Positions 8,674 through 18,654 of a DNA stretch of 64,000 bases are shown here, one piece after another. How positions within the stretch are numbered: position 1 is the stretch's first letter; each line of letters opens with the position of its first letter. A model generated the notes under the pieces. That model saw only the letters and a list, made by a program, of their open reading frames with translations, had not been told where the DNA came from and ran no database searches. Origin of the DNA: an uncultured Planctomycetota bacterium (GTDB taxonomy: Bacteria; Planctomycetota; Planctomycetia; Isosphaerales; Isosphaeraceae); contig CAWGMQ010000004.1 in NCBI GenBank assembly GCA_963823665.1, positions 2,208,001 through 2,272,000 on the forward strand, in the 5' to 3' direction. A program made the translations under genes and the position numbers.

Positions 8674-9063
8674 TCAGGAAGGCCCTTGATCTTGCCTTGG
8701 CGTGCCAATCGCAAGTCTTCGAGCCAGCACTCCGCAACCCGTGCCAAACGTCGCCACCACGAGCGTGAACGCCGCAAGATACAAGATCGAAGTATACGTG
8801 TTCGGGTGCAGCGTGTCAGGCCAGCCGAGGACATGCTTGACCGCGTGCGCCGACGGTATGCACGCCCATGAAACGGTTGCCGCAATCCACCCGCTTCGAC
8901 CCCAGACGGCCCCAGCCATTACCGTCGCTGCCAGCAACAACCCAACGATGATGATCGGGCTAACCTCGCCCCCAAACGCCCAGTTGTCCACATAGACAAT
9001 AGCTGCTCCAGCTACGAGCCCTGTACCGAAAGGCGTCCACCACCCTGACAGAATGGGCTTCAT
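8674..9063 (-). CDS. Hypothetical 4-TM membrane protein
   Basis: 129-aa ORF with four hydrophobic segments and an AGGGGA RBS-like site. Confidence 0.65.
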   Translation of the reverse strand: MKPILSGWWTPFGTGLVAGAAIVYVDNWAFGGEVSPIIIVGLLLAATVMAGAVWGRSGWIAATVSWACIPSAHAVKHVLGWPDTLHPNTYTSILYLAAFTLVVATFGTGCGVLARRLAIGTPRQDQGPS

Positions 9064-9143
9064 ACGACTGACATCCCCTGCCCTGAGAAACAGGTCGGAA
9101 TTAACTTCCCGATTTCGTAATCCACCTCACCACGAACGAAAGC

Positions 9144-9195
9144 CCTCGTTCCGACGCTCCGCGTAGGAATGGTGTTTGTGCCGCTCCGCGGCGTG
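9144..9195. repeat. REP-like element with two imperfect palindromes
   Basis: ctcgttccgacgctccgcgtaggaatg...gccgctccgcggc resembles the TCGTTCCCACGCTCCGCGTGGGAATG REP type; single copy in this window. Confidence 0.5.
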
Positions 9196-9504
9196 TTTGA
9201 TGTACATCAGTGGAAGTTGCCTCCGACCCCTTCCTGACACGACGATGAGCCTAGAGTCAAAGGCTGGCGAACACGATTGGAACGGCGAACTGCAAATAAC
9301 TTTGTAATGCAAAGTTAAATTTCCTCTAATTCCCCGTCTGCGTCAAGCGAAGTTTCCGTTTGGCAGCGCAAAGCATTTGCGTGCTCAGGTTCGCGGCTGA
9401 GCACTGCCAAGGAAAGTTAGGCCGCCTGGTCCAGGAAACCCTGTTGATATGTCTCCAGGGCCAGGCGGAAGTAGTCATCCCCGGCACGCTACCTTCAGCC
9501 GAGT

Positions 9505-12500
9505 CTAGACCCCGAACTTGTTATCGTTGCTCGTGGAGGCGAAGTTGCCAACGACCACGGACAGCGTATCAAGGAAAAACGTGCCGAGGTTATAGATGCC
9601 TCCCCCGATGCCCTGGCCTACGCTTCCGCCGGAGCCGGCCAGCCCACCCTGGGCCAGGTTGGCGCTGATGACGCTCGTCGTGACGGTGGCCGTGGCTCCC
9701 TGGTCGTTGAAGATGCCACCGCCTAGACCGTCTCCGCCACTGCCACCCGTGCCACCGGCGCCGCCTTCGGCCGCGTTCGCAAGGATCGCGGAGTTGCCAA
9801 TCGAAAGCGTGGCGGGGGCACTGTAAACCGCGGGGGAGTTGAAGAGCCCACCACCCTCACCCGCCCCGCCTGTGCCGCCGCCTGCGCCGCCGGCACCACC
9901 GATCGCCTGGTTCAGAGTAATGGTACTGTTGGTCACGGAGAGCGAGGTGGCCTGGTAGCTTTGAGCCATGCACAGCCCGCCGCCCTGGCCGGCGCCGCCC
10001 ACGCCGCCTGAGGCCCCTGTTCCTCCAGCACCGCCGGCGCCCCCCTGTGCCACGTTAGAGATGAACAGGCTGTTGCTCACGCTGGTGGTGGAAGACGTGG
10101 TGTTGGACAGGCCCCCGCCTTGGCCAGCACCCCCTGCGCCACCACTAGCACCGGCTGCCCCTGCGCCGCCGGCACCGCCGGAGGCCACGTCATGCACGAA
10201 AGAGCAGCCGTTGACTGTGGCGCTGGAGCCGCCGTCGACATTCATCCCACCTCCCTGGGCATACGCCCCTGCCACACCCGGGCTGCCACTGGTGCCCGCA
10301 CCGCCAGCGCCGCCCTGGGCCTGGTCGTGCGTGAACGTGGTGTTCGACACGACGACGGTGCTCAAGTAATCGACGTCGAGGCCGCCGCCGACGGCGAAGC
10401 CGAAAAACGAGTTCGAACTGCTGGCTCCGCCCTGGGCCACGCATTGCGTGAAATTGCAATTGGCAAGCGCCATGGTACTCTCGCCACTGACGAACATGCC
10501 GCCACCTTCGCCGTCGCTACCGCCGCCGTAGCTACCGCTTTCACCGGCGCCGCCCACAGCCACGTCCTGCTGGAAGTTGCAGTTGGTGAATGTGGCCGTC
10601 GCGCCCGAGAACGGCGAAAGGACTACGGTCGCGCCGCCGCCGTAGCCCTCCCCTCCGGAGGTGCTCCCGCTACCGCCGATGGCGCTGTTTCCGATGAAAT
10701 TGGTGTTACTCACCTCGCTTGTCCCCTGGGAACCAACCGACAATCCGCCGGTCCCCGCGATACCTCCGAAAAGGCCTGCGCCCCCCAAAGCCTGGTTGCC
10801 TGTGAACGTGCAGTTGCTCATGTCGAGCGCTCCGGTGGATGCGCCACCGGAGCCGGCGCCGCCACCCGCGCCGGAGCTATCCGCCCCGCCCTTCGCGAGG
10901 TTATCCACGAAAACGGTGTTGGTGATCGTCGCCGAATCGCAACCGAGCCCGCCTCCGCCTGAACCGCCGCCCTCTGCAGTGCTGCCGGTTGCCGGGCCGC
11001 CCTTCGCCTGATTCCCGGCCAGCGTCACGTTGGACAGGACCAGCGGCGCACCGGAGCCGACTCCGCCACCGCCGGCTCCGCCGCCAAATGTGGTTTCGGC
11101 CGGGCCGCCCTGGGCGAGATTGTCGTCCACGGCGCTGGAGCTGACCGTCAGTGCGCCGGATGGGCAGTACAACCCACCGCCTGAAGCCGACCCGCCCCCG
11201 AGGGGGAACGAAAAAATCCCTGAAATCCCTGAAGTGGTTCCGGAGCGGCCGCCGGAGAAACTCCCCGTCGCGTGATTGCCTTCCACGATGCTGTCAGTCA
11301 CGCTCGCGTTGACCTGGGCGCTCGCGACCCCGCCGCCGTTGCCGGCACCAGACGGACCGCTGCCATGTGCTGCGTTCGAAGCGACAGTCGTTCCGTTGAT
11401 CGTCAGCGTGGTGGCCGCCTGAGGCGCCTGAAAGCCGAAATCGAACCCATCGTCGATGCCGCCCCCGAAACCGGTTGAGCCTTGCAGGATGACCGTGATC
11501 CCGTTCAGGACATCCGTGGCGAGGTTGCCGCCCTGTGCTGTGTTGCCGTTGAGCGCGCTCTGCGAAATGGAGACATTGCCGGCGACGGCCCCCAGCGCGC
11601 CGCCTCTGCCGGAGCCGGCATCGGTCGGGTACGGAGGGTATGCATTAGAGACCGAATACAAGAGGCTGGAGCCACCCAGGGATTGGTTTCCCGTGAACGT
11701 GCTGTTGCCCACGACCAGGCTTGGCGTCGCCACCGTGAAGAAGGCGCCCTGGCCAATGGCGCCGCCCATTGCGGTGCCGACCACAACAAACGCCGCTGTG
11801 CTGCCCTCCGCGTTACCGTTGCTGCCGCCCTGCGCCAGGTTGTTCGTCAGCGTGCTGTTCGTAACGGAGAGCGCTCCGCCATCGTTCCAGAGCCCGCCGC
11901 CGCCCGCTACGCCAAGCAGGCTGGCGCTCAAGCCACCTGGGAGCGTGACGGCCACGCTCACCGCACCACCACTTGCGGCCACGGCCCGGTCGCCGGTGAA
12001 CGTGCTGTCGTTTATGGTGACCGTGCCGGCTTCGTTGTCGATGGCACCGCCGAACGCATTGCCGCCGCCGGTACCCCCGAGAGCCAGATCACCCGTAAAG
12101 GTGCTCTGCGAGACAGTCAGTGTCGCCCCCGGCTCGGTCTCCACCCCGCCACCCCGGCCGGCCCCGTCGCCGAACAGGCCACCTCCCGGCACTCCCTGCG
12201 CCACGTCAGCAGAGAGCACATCTTGGGTCAGCGTCAGGTTCCCCGCATTGAGGATCGCGGCCCCGTCGGTGGCTAAACCGTCCGTGAGCGTTAGACCGGA
12301 AATCACCACTTTCGCGCCACTGCCGATCTCGAACAACCGCGTTGCAGCATTGCCACTGATGGTCACGCCCGCATTGGGGCCCGTGATGGTCTCTAACCCG
12401 GTCGTGTCGTTCAGTACGAGCTGGCCGAGAATCGGACTAAGATGAATTGTCTGCGCAGTGTGGAACACCGTTTTGTCGAACGTGATCGTCTCGGTTCGTC

Positions 12501-12702
12501 CATTCGTATTCGCCTCGACGATCGCCTGGCGCAGGTCAGTCAAGCCGGCGACGGGCGTATCAGTGGGGTTGTTGACGACGATCGTGGAGAGCAGCGTGCG
12601 TGCCTCCAGCTCCAGCAGCGCCGGCCGGATTCGCCACCGTCGACGTCCGTGGAACGTACCCCGCCCGCCCGTCCGCTCGTGCCCCGTCAAGTTGTGACTC
12701 AT
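9505..12702 (-). CDS. Large Gly-rich extracellular beta-helix-like protein with planctomycete LExRxLL export motif
   Basis: RRRWRIRPALLELEARTLLS N-terminus, CSLREA-like TDLRQAIVEAN, and many N-x-A-x-GG...GGG repeats. GGAG precedes ATG 12702. Confidence 0.85.
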   Translation of the reverse strand: MSHNLTGHERTGGRGTFHGRRRWRIRPALLELEARTLLSTIVVNNPTDTPVAGLTDLRQAIVEANTNGRTETITFDKTVFHTAQTIHLSPILGQLVLNDTTGLETITGPNAGVTISGNAATRLFEIGSGAKVVISGLTLTDGLATDGAAILNAGNLTLTQDVLSADVAQGVPGGGLFGDGAGRGGGVETEPGATLTVSQSTFTGDLALGGTGGGNAFGGAIDNEAGTVTINDSTFTGDRAVAASGGAVSVAVTLPGGLSASLLGVAGGGGLWNDGGALSVTNSTLTNNLAQGGSNGNAEGSTAAFVVVGTAMGGAIGQGAFFTVATPSLVVGNSTFTGNQSLGGSSLLYSVSNAYPPYPTDAGSGRGGALGAVAGNVSISQSALNGNTAQGGNLATDVLNGITVILQGSTGFGGGIDDGFDFGFQAPQAATTLTINGTTVASNAAHGSGPSGAGNGGGVASAQVNASVTDSIVEGNHATGSFSGGRSGTTSGISGIFSFPLGGGSASGGGLYCPSGALTVSSSAVDDNLAQGGPAETTFGGGAGGGGVGSGAPLVLSNVTLAGNQAKGGPATGSTAEGGGSGGGGLGCDSATITNTVFVDNLAKGGADSSGAGGGAGSGGASTGALDMSNCTFTGNQALGGAGLFGGIAGTGGLSVGSQGTSEVSNTNFIGNSAIGGSGSTSGGEGYGGGATVVLSPFSGATATFTNCNFQQDVAVGGAGESGSYGGGSDGEGGGMFVSGESTMALANCNFTQCVAQGGASSSNSFFGFAVGGGLDVDYLSTVVVSNTTFTHDQAQGGAGGAGTSGSPGVAGAYAQGGGMNVDGGSSATVNGCSFVHDVASGGAGGAGAAGASGGAGGAGQGGGLSNTTSSTTSVSNSLFISNVAQGGAGGAGGTGASGGVGGAGQGGGLCMAQSYQATSLSVTNSTITLNQAIGGAGGAGGGTGGAGEGGGLFNSPAVYSAPATLSIGNSAILANAAEGGAGGTGGSGGDGLGGGIFNDQGATATVTTSVISANLAQGGLAGSGGSVGQGIGGGIYNLGTFFLDTLSVVVGNFASTSNDNKFGV

Positions 12703-12752
12703 GGGTCTGTCGCTCCCGTTGTGCCGCAAAACCTGCCAATGGGATTCATGAG

Positions 12753-12796
12753 ATCCCCCTATCCCTAGAGCCCCATTCCCTGACCAGGTTGTTACG
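12753..12796 (-). promoter_or_regulatory. 44-bp conserved upstream element, copy 1; putative ECF promoter
   Basis: Minus strand CGTAACAACctggtcagggaatggggCTCTAgggataggggga; 41/44 identical to 16650-16693. Confidence 0.75.
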
Positions 12797-13039
12797 TGCC
12801 AAGATAGTGGTTGGCCTCTTGGAGCCGGCGGACCGCGCGGATTGGCCGAATTTACGGGTCAAGCCTCGGCTGGAAATCGATCAGCGCGCAGCCACAACTA
12901 TCTAGCGCGAGTTGTTTCCGATTTGACTTGATGTACTGCCCAGATAGGACCGGCCTTGTCGACGCGAGCCCGGCATTCGCGGATGATCGGCTCAGCCGGC
13001 GCGTCGAATTTCGCCAGCGGAACCCATGGGGGACCGACG

Positions 13040-13295
13040 TCACCTGATCCTGAGCGTGCGGCAAGTCGCTTCGTAGCTCGATTCCAGATCGAGCGAGATG
13101 GCCCAGTTTTCCTTGAGCCAGATAGGCAGCGTCGGCAGGGGTTGGCCGATGGCCAGCGGATGATACCAATTGTCCATCATGCGGCGGCGATCTTCGTAGC
13201 GCATGCGAAGCGTCGCGGCGTATATCGGCGGCGGTTCGCTTCCCAGGGCCGGATCGACGTCATGAAGAAAGTTCATCAATTCCGCATACGACAGC
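13040..13295 (-). pseudogene. C-terminal fragment of a DUF4058-like planctomycete protein
   Basis: YAELMNFL...PPPIYAATLR...LAIGQPLPTLPIWL...LDLESSYEATCRTLRI. The fragment has no N-terminal part and abuts the kinase stop codon. Confidence 0.65.
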
Positions 13296-13298
13296 GCG

Positions 13299-15938
13299 TT
13301 ATCGCGGCCGGCCGTTCCGCTTGACCTGCTCTCGGCATTCTTGCACCCACTGGGCCGACGGATAGGGCCAGTCCTTGCGTCGCGAGCCCAGCTCGTGGCC
13401 GCGTTCCAGGCTCGAGAGGGCCGCGGCGAGCTTCCCTTGTTTGAAGAGTGCCATGCCCAGGTCGCAGTGACTCTCGGCATGATCGGGTCTCAGCGCGATC
13501 GCCTTGCGGTAGGCAGCCTCCGCCTCGTCGGGACGACCGGCGTCATCTAAAAAATTGCCGAGTTTGTAGTGGGCGTCGGCGAAATCGGGCTTTAACTCGA
13601 TGGAACGCCGGCAAACGGCGATCGCCTCGTCAAGCTGGCGCTGCTCGCCGAGGACCCAGCCAAGCTTGAAGTGAGCCATGGCATAATCCGGCTTCAGCCC
13701 GATGGCCTGGCGATAGGTGACGGTCGCCTCGGCCAGCCGCCCGGCGCCGGTCAGCGCGTTGCCGAGGTTGTATCGCACTCCAGGGCTGTCGGGCCGCAGC
13801 GCCACGGCCACCGTCAAGAAACGAATCGCCTCCTCGTGCTTCGGCGGCTCGCATTCTTTCAGCGCGATGCCGAGGTCGTGGTTGATCCAGAAGTCTGCCG
13901 GGAAAGCCTGCTGGGCGCGCTGTAAGAGCGCCAGGGCAACGGCGCTCGCACCTCGCTGTTGCAGACCCAGTTCCAGGACGAACAATGCTTCCGACGGCTG
14001 TAGCGCATAATCGACCTCGCGCGCGAGCTTCTCCATCGCCTGGCGGTCATTCTTCTCGCGCGCCATGCGCACCCCCTGGCGCCAGGGGTCAGAGTCTACC
14101 AGGGCAAGAACCTGCTTGAGCCAGGCCGCTTCCGGCGCCTTTTCGTGATTCGCCAGGATCATCCAGTGGTCCAGGGCCGCCATGAGGGTGGCGCGAACCC
14201 GAGCAGGCCGGCGCGAAAGCGCGCGGGCCGTCTCCTCGGGTGCCTTCGCATTTCTGTGCAAACCATATGTTACGAAGGCCCGTTCATATTCCTTACGCGA
14301 AAGATGGATGACAAAATGGTTCTCCTCGACGTCCGACTGGCGAAGGCGGATGGCCTCGAGGCTCTTGAGCAAGGTAACGTCGGCCTGCTCTTCGGCCAGC
14401 TCGCGCACCAAGCCTTTGACGCGCTCGGTCACGGCCGGATCGGCGGCACAGTAAGGAAGAAGGGCGTCAGCGCGCGCGGCTGCTGCCTGCGCTTGCGACA
14501 ACTTACCTTCGTTCTGAAGGCGTTCCGAATCTTCCACGGCGGCGTCACGTTGGGCGGTTGACTTGGCACGCTGCGCGGCCCGGTCGCGCATGATCCAGCC
14601 GATGCTGGCGGCCAGCACGCTCAAGGCGGCGAGTGAGGCCGCTGCCGCCGAGAGCATCACCCCCCGGTGTCTGCGCGTCCACCTTCGCGTGCGATTGAGC
14701 AAAGTCACGGGCCTGGCGAGGATCGGCTCGTCGCTCAAGAACCGCTGCAAGTCGCTGGCCATTTCCTGGGCTGTTGCGTAGCGCTCTGCGGGATTCTTGG
14801 CCATCGCCTTGAGCACAATGGTTTCCAGATCCGCGGGCACTGCCTTGTTGAGCTTGCGCACGGGCCTGGGTTCTTCGATCGCGATCTGCCGCAGCAGCTC
14901 GTGACGGTCATGGCCGTTGAACGCGGGCTCGAGGGCCAAAAACTCATAGAGAGTTGCACCCAGTGAATAGAGGTCGGTGCGGTGGTCCACGCCGATGGGC
15001 TGGGCCAGGGCTTGTTCCGGGCTCATGTAGCGCAGCGTGCCCACGAGGTCTCCGGTGACAGTCAGTCCGACTTGTCCCTGGCGGCAGTGGGCCAGGCCGA
15101 AATCGGTAACCCACAAGTGGACACCGCTGGCGTCGGGTCCGTCTCCCCCTGGGGCGATCGCAGAACCCGCTTCGACGAGCAGGTTGGCCGGCTTGATATC
15201 GCGATGCACGACACCGAGCTGGTGAGCGTGTTCCAGCGCAAAGGCGGCCTGCATACCCAGGAGCGCCGCCGCGCGGACGTGCACGGAACTAGCAGCAAGA
15301 GTCTCCGTGGCTTGCGCAGGCGCAGTAGAATGTCCATTGCTCGGTAGGGTGCTGAAGTCCGACAAACCGCAATCTTTCCCGCGGCGCGAGTCTTTGACGA
15401 TCGCGGCGAGTGTTTGCCCCTCAATGTACTGCATCGCGTAGTAGTGGACGCCGCGTTCGCAGCCGACGCCGAAGACGGGCACGATGTTCGTATGGTGCAG
15501 GCTGGCGGCGGCCTGTGCTTCGTTCTTGAAGCGCTGTAACTGCCTGGCGTCGAGCGCGGCCGCAGACGGCAGCACCTTGAGCGCGACGCGGCGGCCGAGT
15601 GAGATCTGCTCGGCTTCGTAGACGACACCCATACCGCCGCGGCCAATTTCACGGACGAGCTGGAAGTCGCCGAGGCGGCCGAGGTCGGCTTGCCATTCGC
15701 TGGCCGGTGGCAGCTCTTGCGGGGCTGGATCTCGCAGATTGAGCGACGCGCCATGCAGGAATTCCAAGCTCGCCAGACAGGCTTTCAGAGGCTCTGCCAG
15801 GGCAGGGCAGCGGGCGGTTAGATCCTCGGGGTTCAGCCGGGCACCGGCTTCCAGCTTCGTCAGGAACTCTTCGAGAATGCTGATGACTTCGCTGGTTGGC
15901 TCGAGCGCCTCTTCGAGGGGAGGTACGATGGCCTTCAT
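13299..15938 (-). CDS. Hanks-type Ser/Thr kinase with one hydrophobic segment and C-terminal TPR repeats
   Basis: GRGGMGVVY, VALK, HRDIKPANLL, DFGLA and GTLRYMSPEQ motifs; TPRs such as YRQAIGLKPDYAMAHFKLG. Confidence 0.95.
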   Translation of the reverse strand: MKAIVPPLEEALEPTSEVISILEEFLTKLEAGARLNPEDLTARCPALAEPLKACLASLEFLHGASLNLRDPAPQELPPASEWQADLGRLGDFQLVREIGRGGMGVVYEAEQISLGRRVALKVLPSAAALDARQLQRFKNEAQAAASLHHTNIVPVFGVGCERGVHYYAMQYIEGQTLAAIVKDSRRGKDCGLSDFSTLPSNGHSTAPAQATETLAASSVHVRAAALLGMQAAFALEHAHQLGVVHRDIKPANLLVEAGSAIAPGGDGPDASGVHLWVTDFGLAHCRQGQVGLTVTGDLVGTLRYMSPEQALAQPIGVDHRTDLYSLGATLYEFLALEPAFNGHDRHELLRQIAIEEPRPVRKLNKAVPADLETIVLKAMAKNPAERYATAQEMASDLQRFLSDEPILARPVTLLNRTRRWTRRHRGVMLSAAAASLAALSVLAASIGWIMRDRAAQRAKSTAQRDAAVEDSERLQNEGKLSQAQAAAARADALLPYCAADPAVTERVKGLVRELAEEQADVTLLKSLEAIRLRQSDVEENHFVIHLSRKEYERAFVTYGLHRNAKAPEETARALSRRPARVRATLMAALDHWMILANHEKAPEAAWLKQVLALVDSDPWRQGVRMAREKNDRQAMEKLAREVDYALQPSEALFVLELGLQQRGASAVALALLQRAQQAFPADFWINHDLGIALKECEPPKHEEAIRFLTVAVALRPDSPGVRYNLGNALTGAGRLAEATVTYRQAIGLKPDYAMAHFKLGWVLGEQRQLDEAIAVCRRSIELKPDFADAHYKLGNFLDDAGRPDEAEAAYRKAIALRPDHAESHCDLGMALFKQGKLAAALSSLERGHELGSRRKDWPYPSAQWVQECREQVKRNGRPR

Positions 15939-16573
15939 AGCAGTTCCTCCGCTTGCAGCAGCCGGCGGAGCTGATCGACGGCGCGCACCCAGAGGATGCG
16001 AACGGCTCCGGCAGACCGGCCCATGCGGCGGGCCACCTCGGCGAACGGCAGGCCTTCCAGGTTCCGCAGGACGAGCACTTCACGGTAGTCTGCGGGCAGG
16101 CGAGCCAACTGATCGGCGAGGCGAGCGGAGTGTTCGCGGCGCCCGGCGCGGCTGCTGGGCGAGCTCGAGCGGCCGACGAGCGCGGTCTCAAGAGGAATTG
16201 TTCCCGAGGACCGCTCCATTGCGGAGACCTGCCCGTTCAGCGACACTTCCCGCCGGGTGCTCCGTTTCTTCGCCCCGACTTGACGCTGGACGACGCGGGC
16301 CAGGTTGTAGAACAAGATCTTGCGCAGCCAGGCGATCCATTCTCGATGGCTTGTGCCGCGGAAGTGTTGGAAGTCGCGGCAGGCATCAAGGAATGTCTCT
16401 TGGACCACGTCCGAGGCATCGACGCGGCCTTGGAGTCGGAGATCAATTTGCGCACGGGCCAGGAGGGCAAGGTCGGTGCGATAGAACTCCAGCACTCTGC
16501 CCAGCGACTCGGTGCGCCCGCCGCGGGCGTCAGCCAGAAGCTGCTCCGGATCGGATCTGCCCTTGGCGTTCAT
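15935..16573 (-). CDS. ECF sigma-70 factor, Planctomycetaceae-type (TIGR02984-like)
   Basis: VDASDVVQETFLDACRDF...WLRKIL and LPADYREVLVLRNLEGLPFAEVA. ATGA overlap with the kinase gene. Confidence 0.93.
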   Translation of the reverse strand: MNAKGRSDPEQLLADARGGRTESLGRVLEFYRTDLALLARAQIDLRLQGRVDASDVVQETFLDACRDFQHFRGTSHREWIAWLRKILFYNLARVVQRQVGAKKRSTRREVSLNGQVSAMERSSGTIPLETALVGRSSSPSSRAGRREHSARLADQLARLPADYREVLVLRNLEGLPFAEVARRMGRSAGAVRILWVRAVDQLRRLLQAEELL

Positions 16574-16649
16574 CAGGCCCCCCTGTATCTTTAGCCTGGA
16601 TCGTCAGTTTCCGCGAGCAGTTCCTCGGTTGCAATGCTGCGGTCCCACA

Positions 16650-16693
16650 ATCCCCCTATTCCTAGAGCCCCATTTCCTGACCAAGTTGTTACG
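16650..16693 (-). promoter_or_regulatory. 44-bp conserved upstream element, copy 2; putative autoregulated ECF promoter
   Basis: Minus strand CGTAACAACttggtcaggaaatggggCTCTAggaataggggga, 76 bp upstream of the sigma start. Confidence 0.75.
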
Positions 16694-16699
16694 CGCGAC

Positions 16700-18654
16700 T
16701 CACAAATCAATCTGCGTCCCGATCTCAACGATCTGCTCGGCGGGCATGCCATACCGCCTTTCTTCATGGACGGCGTTACGGTTGAGGTACGAAAAGATCG
16801 CCTCAGGGATGCGGCTGATGCTCCCCTCATTGCTCGCCACGATCGTCTCGTGACCGATGTAATAAGTGGCATGATCGGGATCGAACGTGATTGCTTCGTC
16901 CTGTGCCACCGCCCGCAGCACCGGAACCAGCAGTGGCTCTTCCATGTAACCGAATGAGACAATCAGCTTGTAGAAGCCGTCGCCCAGCGCGGCCAGCGTG
17001 TAGCGCGACTCGTCTTCCACCTCCGCCCTTGGCATCTCCCGAACGGTCAGCAAGATAACCGTATCATGCAGCGAGCGGCTGCGCTCGACGTGATGCATGA
17101 GGACCGGGGGCACATGGTCGGCGCTGGGCGCAAGGAAGACCGCACTGCCGCGCACCCGCGAGCAAAGCCAGCGCTCGATCGAGGGCCGTGCCTTCTCGAG
17201 GCTAGAGAACTTCGACTTGTATCGCTCCATCAAGGCCGTCCGGCCCCGGCTCCAGATCAGCATGCCGGCGATGAGTGCAGCACCGATCAGCATCGGCACG
17301 TAACCGCCCTCGAAGAACTTGAAGAGATTGGCCACCAGGAACGGGATATCGAAGCACAGAAACAGGGCAAGCAGAGCCCCGGCTTTCCATTTGCTCCAGC
17401 CCCATGAGTAGCGTACGACGATGTAGTAGAGGATCGAGGTAATCGCCATCGTTCCCGTAACAGCGATTCCATACGCCGCGGCCAATCTCACGGACTCGCG
17501 AAACGTCAAGACCAGTGCAAGACAACCAATCGCGAGCAAAGTGTTGACTTCCGGAATGTAGATCTGCCCCTCGGTGTGATACGCCGTGTGCTTGATGGTC
17601 ACCCTGGGAAGATACCCGAGCAGCATCGCCTGGCGAGTCAGCGAGAATGCCCCGGAAATCAATGCTTGAGAAGCGATCACCGTCGCAGCGCTTGAGAGTA
17701 ACACGAGCAAGTAAGTGGGCAGACCTGCCGGCACCATGCCGTAGAACGGGTGCTCTACGGTCTCCGGATAGCGCAGGATCAGCGCCCCTGCCCCAGGTAG
17801 CCCAGAACGAGCGCGGGCAAGACGAAGAATGTCCACGTGAGGCGAATGGGCCGAATCCCAAAATGGCCCATGTCCGCGTACAACGCTTCACCGCCCGTCA
17901 CGGCGAGGACGACTGAACCAAGAATGAGCAGGCCGTGGATCCCATGGCGAAGGAAGAACGCAGCCCCGTGATGTGGGGAGAGTGCCACGAGGATCTGCGG
18001 CGCCTGGACGAGATGATACACGCCCAGCACTGCCATCGTCGCGAACCAGACCACCATCACAGGACCAAAGAGCTTGCCGACCTTCCCGGTTCCGAGCCGC
18101 TGGATCGAAAAGAGCGCCACCAGGATAGTGCATGTGACCGGCAGCACCAGCGGCGAGAGACGAGGACTGGCCACGGCCAGCCCTTCAACGGCGCTCAACA
18201 CGGAAATAGCCGGAGTGATCACGCCATCGCCATACAGCAGTGACGCACCGATTACAGCCAGCAATGCCATCCCGGTCACCTTGCCGCTTTGGACCGCATG
18301 CGTCCGGAACCGCTCCGGCACAATCGCCAGCAGCGCGAAAATTCCCCCTTCGCCACCGTGGTCGGCACGCATGACGAACGTCAAATATTTGACGGTCACC
18401 ACCATCACGAGTGCCCAGAACATTAGCGACAGGATCCCGAACAGATCGTCGACGCCGGCCTTTGTGCCCCCAGCCGCATGCATACATTCCCGCAGCGTAT
18501 AGAGAGGGCTGGTGCCGATGTCACCGAACACCACGCCCAGCGCACCGAGAGCCAGAGCCGCCAAGCTTGTTCGATGAAGAGTATGGTGCGCCGCAGCTTC
18601 CGCCGGTGCAGGCGTCAATTCCTTCACATCTTGTGTCGCGATCAATGGACCCAT
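16700..18654 (-). pseudogene. kup: KUP/HAK/KT potassium transporter split by a 1-bp frameshift (real or sequencing error)
   Basis: GVVFGDIGTSPLY, EALYADMGHFG and GQIYIPEVN motifs fall in two ORFs. One extra G in the run at 17785-17788 restores YLGQGALIL. Confidence 0.9.

Noticed and set aside
9596..12445. Long Pro-rich + strand ORFs
   Set aside because: Antisense shadows of the Gly-rich gene
17779..17836. Programmed frameshift in kup
   Set aside because: No recognisable slippery heptamer; a homopolymer error or mutation is the simpler explanation
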